Source: Piromyces finnis finn
Lineage: Eukaryota; Fungi; Neocallimastigomycota
Reading direction: 5' to 3'
DNA length: 64,000 nucleotides
Assembly (NCBI GenBank): GCA_002104945.1
Contig: MCFH01000004.1
Location: forward strand, 310,001-374,000
Of the stretch, positions 62,029 to 64,000 are shown piece by piece (within the stretch, counting starts at the first letter, position 1; every line of letters starts with the position of its first letter). The notes under the pieces are model-generated. The model had not been told where the DNA came from. It searched no databases and saw only the letters and a list, made by a program, of their open reading frames with translations. The position numbers were made by a program, and so were the translations under genes.

Positions 62029-63576
62029 ATGAATTACTTTTTAAAAGTAACCCATATTGTGGGTTTGACAATGACTCTATTCCATTGTGCATTCGCAAGT
62101 TATTATAATATAAACGATATTAAAAATGAAACTCATTGGAAAGAAGTTTCAGTTAGAGAAAACGCTCCTAAATATCTTTCTTTAATCTCTCAAGGATTAT
62201 ATGATAAAGACTTAGTTCATAAATACGATACAAACTATTATTATCCAAGTTCAGCTGGTGAAGATGTTGATGTTATTTTTATTAATTCTGATTTTGATTT
62301 CCGTGGTTACGAATTTAGTAACGTAGATGAACGTGAAGCAAAATGTATTGCAGAGGTTAAAGATGATGAAGTAGTAAAAATAGATACTCCTTATTGTGGT
62401 AGTAATAAAATTTATAGAGGAAGACCAGCAACTTATGTTGTAGGAGGGATTGAACAAGGTGTAGCTAGTCGTGCTAATCTTTATGGTATACTTGTTCCAA
62501 TAGATGAAGAAACTCTGGAATATAAAAAATATGATGTATTCAGAGCATTAGAATACATTAATGATAATTTAATTCGTCCTCATAAAACAATTATTCATCT
62601 ACCAACAAAACTTTTTGAAAATGAAGTTTATGATTTTTATAGAATTTTTGGAGATATCTTTTACAGTATTTCAAAAAAAGGAGGAATTATTGTTTATCAA
62701 GATCATGGTGATGGCTGTGGAATATTGATGAATAGAAATAGTATGGCTGTATTAGCAGGTAGTAATTACATATGTGTTGGTGGAATTTCTAGTGATTATA
62801 ATATCAAAAAATATGATTCTAAGTTATATCTTAGAGTAAATCCAAATATTTATGCATTAAATGATATAAATCTTTATGAGTATATTGATGATGAAAAATA
62901 TAATATATTTTTTCAATTTTCTTCTTCATCTATTACTACTGGTGTTATTGCAACTATTTTAAGTGAAAATCCTGATAATCAATTCAATACTTACTCAATG
63001 GAACAATATTTAATGGATACAGGAGAAAAAATTAATTATGGATTAAATTATAATTTAGTTAATAATGGTAAACATATCGTCTATTCTCCAGATAATATTT
63101 ATTATGGATGTGGTATTAGTGCAGGAAACTTACCATGCACTACTACCACTACTACCACTACTGAAAATCCTACTGACATCATTACAATAACAACAACTAT
63201 TGAGAAACCTATAACTACTACCACCACAACAACTACCACTACCACTTCCACCACTACTACTACAACTAAAAAAACTACTACCAGAACTACTACTAAGAAA
63301 TCTACAAAGAAGACTACTACTACAACCACTACTAAGAAGTCTACAAAGAAGACTACTACTACTACTAAGAAGTCTACAAAGAAAACTACTACTACTACAA
63401 AGAAATCCACCACTACATCCTCGAAAAATGTTCCAACCTCTACTGTTACAGGAAAGTGTGGTTCAGGTTATGGAGCTTGTAAATCAGGCTATTGCTGTAG
63501 TAAATACGGTTATTGTGGAACATCCTCTGAATATTGTAAAAGCGGTTGTCAACCAAAATATGGATTATGCAAATAG
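62029..63576 (+). CDS. Secreted subtilisin-like (S8) protein with degenerate catalytic residues, Thr/Lys-rich linker and C-terminal CBM18; intronless
   Basis: Signal peptide; YYYPSSAGEDVDVIFINSDFDF; GVASRANLYG; ICVGGI; IYA; TGVIATILSE; CGSGYGACKSGYCCSKYGYCGTSSEYCKSGCQPKYGLC. Confidence 0.85.
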   Translation: MNYFLKVTHIVGLTMTLFHCAFASYYNINDIKNETHWKEVSVRENAPKYLSLISQGLYDKDLVHKYDTNYYYPSSAGEDVDVIFINSDFDFRGYEFSNVDEREAKCIAEVKDDEVVKIDTPYCGSNKIYRGRPATYVVGGIEQGVASRANLYGILVPIDEETLEYKKYDVFRALEYINDNLIRPHKTIIHLPTKLFENEVYDFYRIFGDIFYSISKKGGIIVYQDHGDGCGILMNRNSMAVLAGSNYICVGGISSDYNIKKYDSKLYLRVNPNIYALNDINLYEYIDDEKYNIFFQFSSSSITTGVIATILSENPDNQFNTYSMEQYLMDTGEKINYGLNYNLVNNGKHIVYSPDNIYYGCGISAGNLPCTTTTTTTTENPTDIITITTTIEKPITTTTTTTTTTTSTTTTTTKKTTTRTTTKKSTKKTTTTTTTKKSTKKTTTTTKKSTKKTTTTTKKSTTTSSKNVPTSTVTGKCGSGYGACKSGYCCSKYGYCGTSSEYCKSGCQPKYGLCK

Positions 63577-64000
63577 AGGAATTATTATATGAATAAAAGA
63601 TAAGTTAAACAATAAAGAAAAAAAAATAATAAATAAATAAATAAAAAATAAAAAAATAAAAAATAAATAAACTTATTGATAATCAAATATAAGAGTTAAA
63701 AATTATATTTAAATAAAAGAATTAATAAAAAATTATTCTAAATAATTAGTGTAATTATAAAAATTAATAACATTATAAAAGTCTGGCTAAAATTCAGGCA
63801 GAGGTTGAATTTCTTCTGGCTGGAAATTCTGGCTAAATACTTCCAAAATCTAGGATAAGTTATAAATCATAATTATAAAAATTAATAACATTATAATATT
63901 ATGTAAAAATAAATATTTAATATTTAGATATAATTATTTTATTCTTTTATAAGATAATTAATAGGATATATTTATGATAGTAAATGAGATATAGTTTCTA

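Noticed and set aside
63102-63413. Poly-Val antisense ORF
   Set aside because: Mirror of the Thr-rich ACT/ACC linker of the subtilase gene.

Overview
Extremely AT-rich eukaryotic DNA with short GT-AG introns, fungal dockerin (CBM10-type) and CBM18 proteins, consistent with an anaerobic gut fungus (Neocallimastigomycota; inferred). Left arm (1-17.6 kb): housekeeping genes, namely a METTL6/Trm140-like methyltransferase (partial), MSH2, MOG1 and a four-ACT CASTOR/GATS-like protein. Centre (17640-40279): one Ty3/gypsy host element A (419-bp LTRs, 4-bp TSD, tRNA-Ala-like PBS, -1 frameshift signal) containing six nested chromovirus insertions, each with its own 5-bp TSD: element C (disrupted), element B (intact 1529-codon ORF, inside C) and four solo LTRs. 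B and C show a Tf1-like self-priming signature, a shared UUG in start-codon context, and three conserved cis-islands in otherwise divergent LTRs. Right arm (40.3-64 kb): GH114-CBM18, CE6-ricin-dockerin, a short endocytic-motif ORF, two pseudogenes, an F-box-like orphan and a catalytically dead subtilase-CBM18. All alignments and counts were done by eye; no database searches were run.
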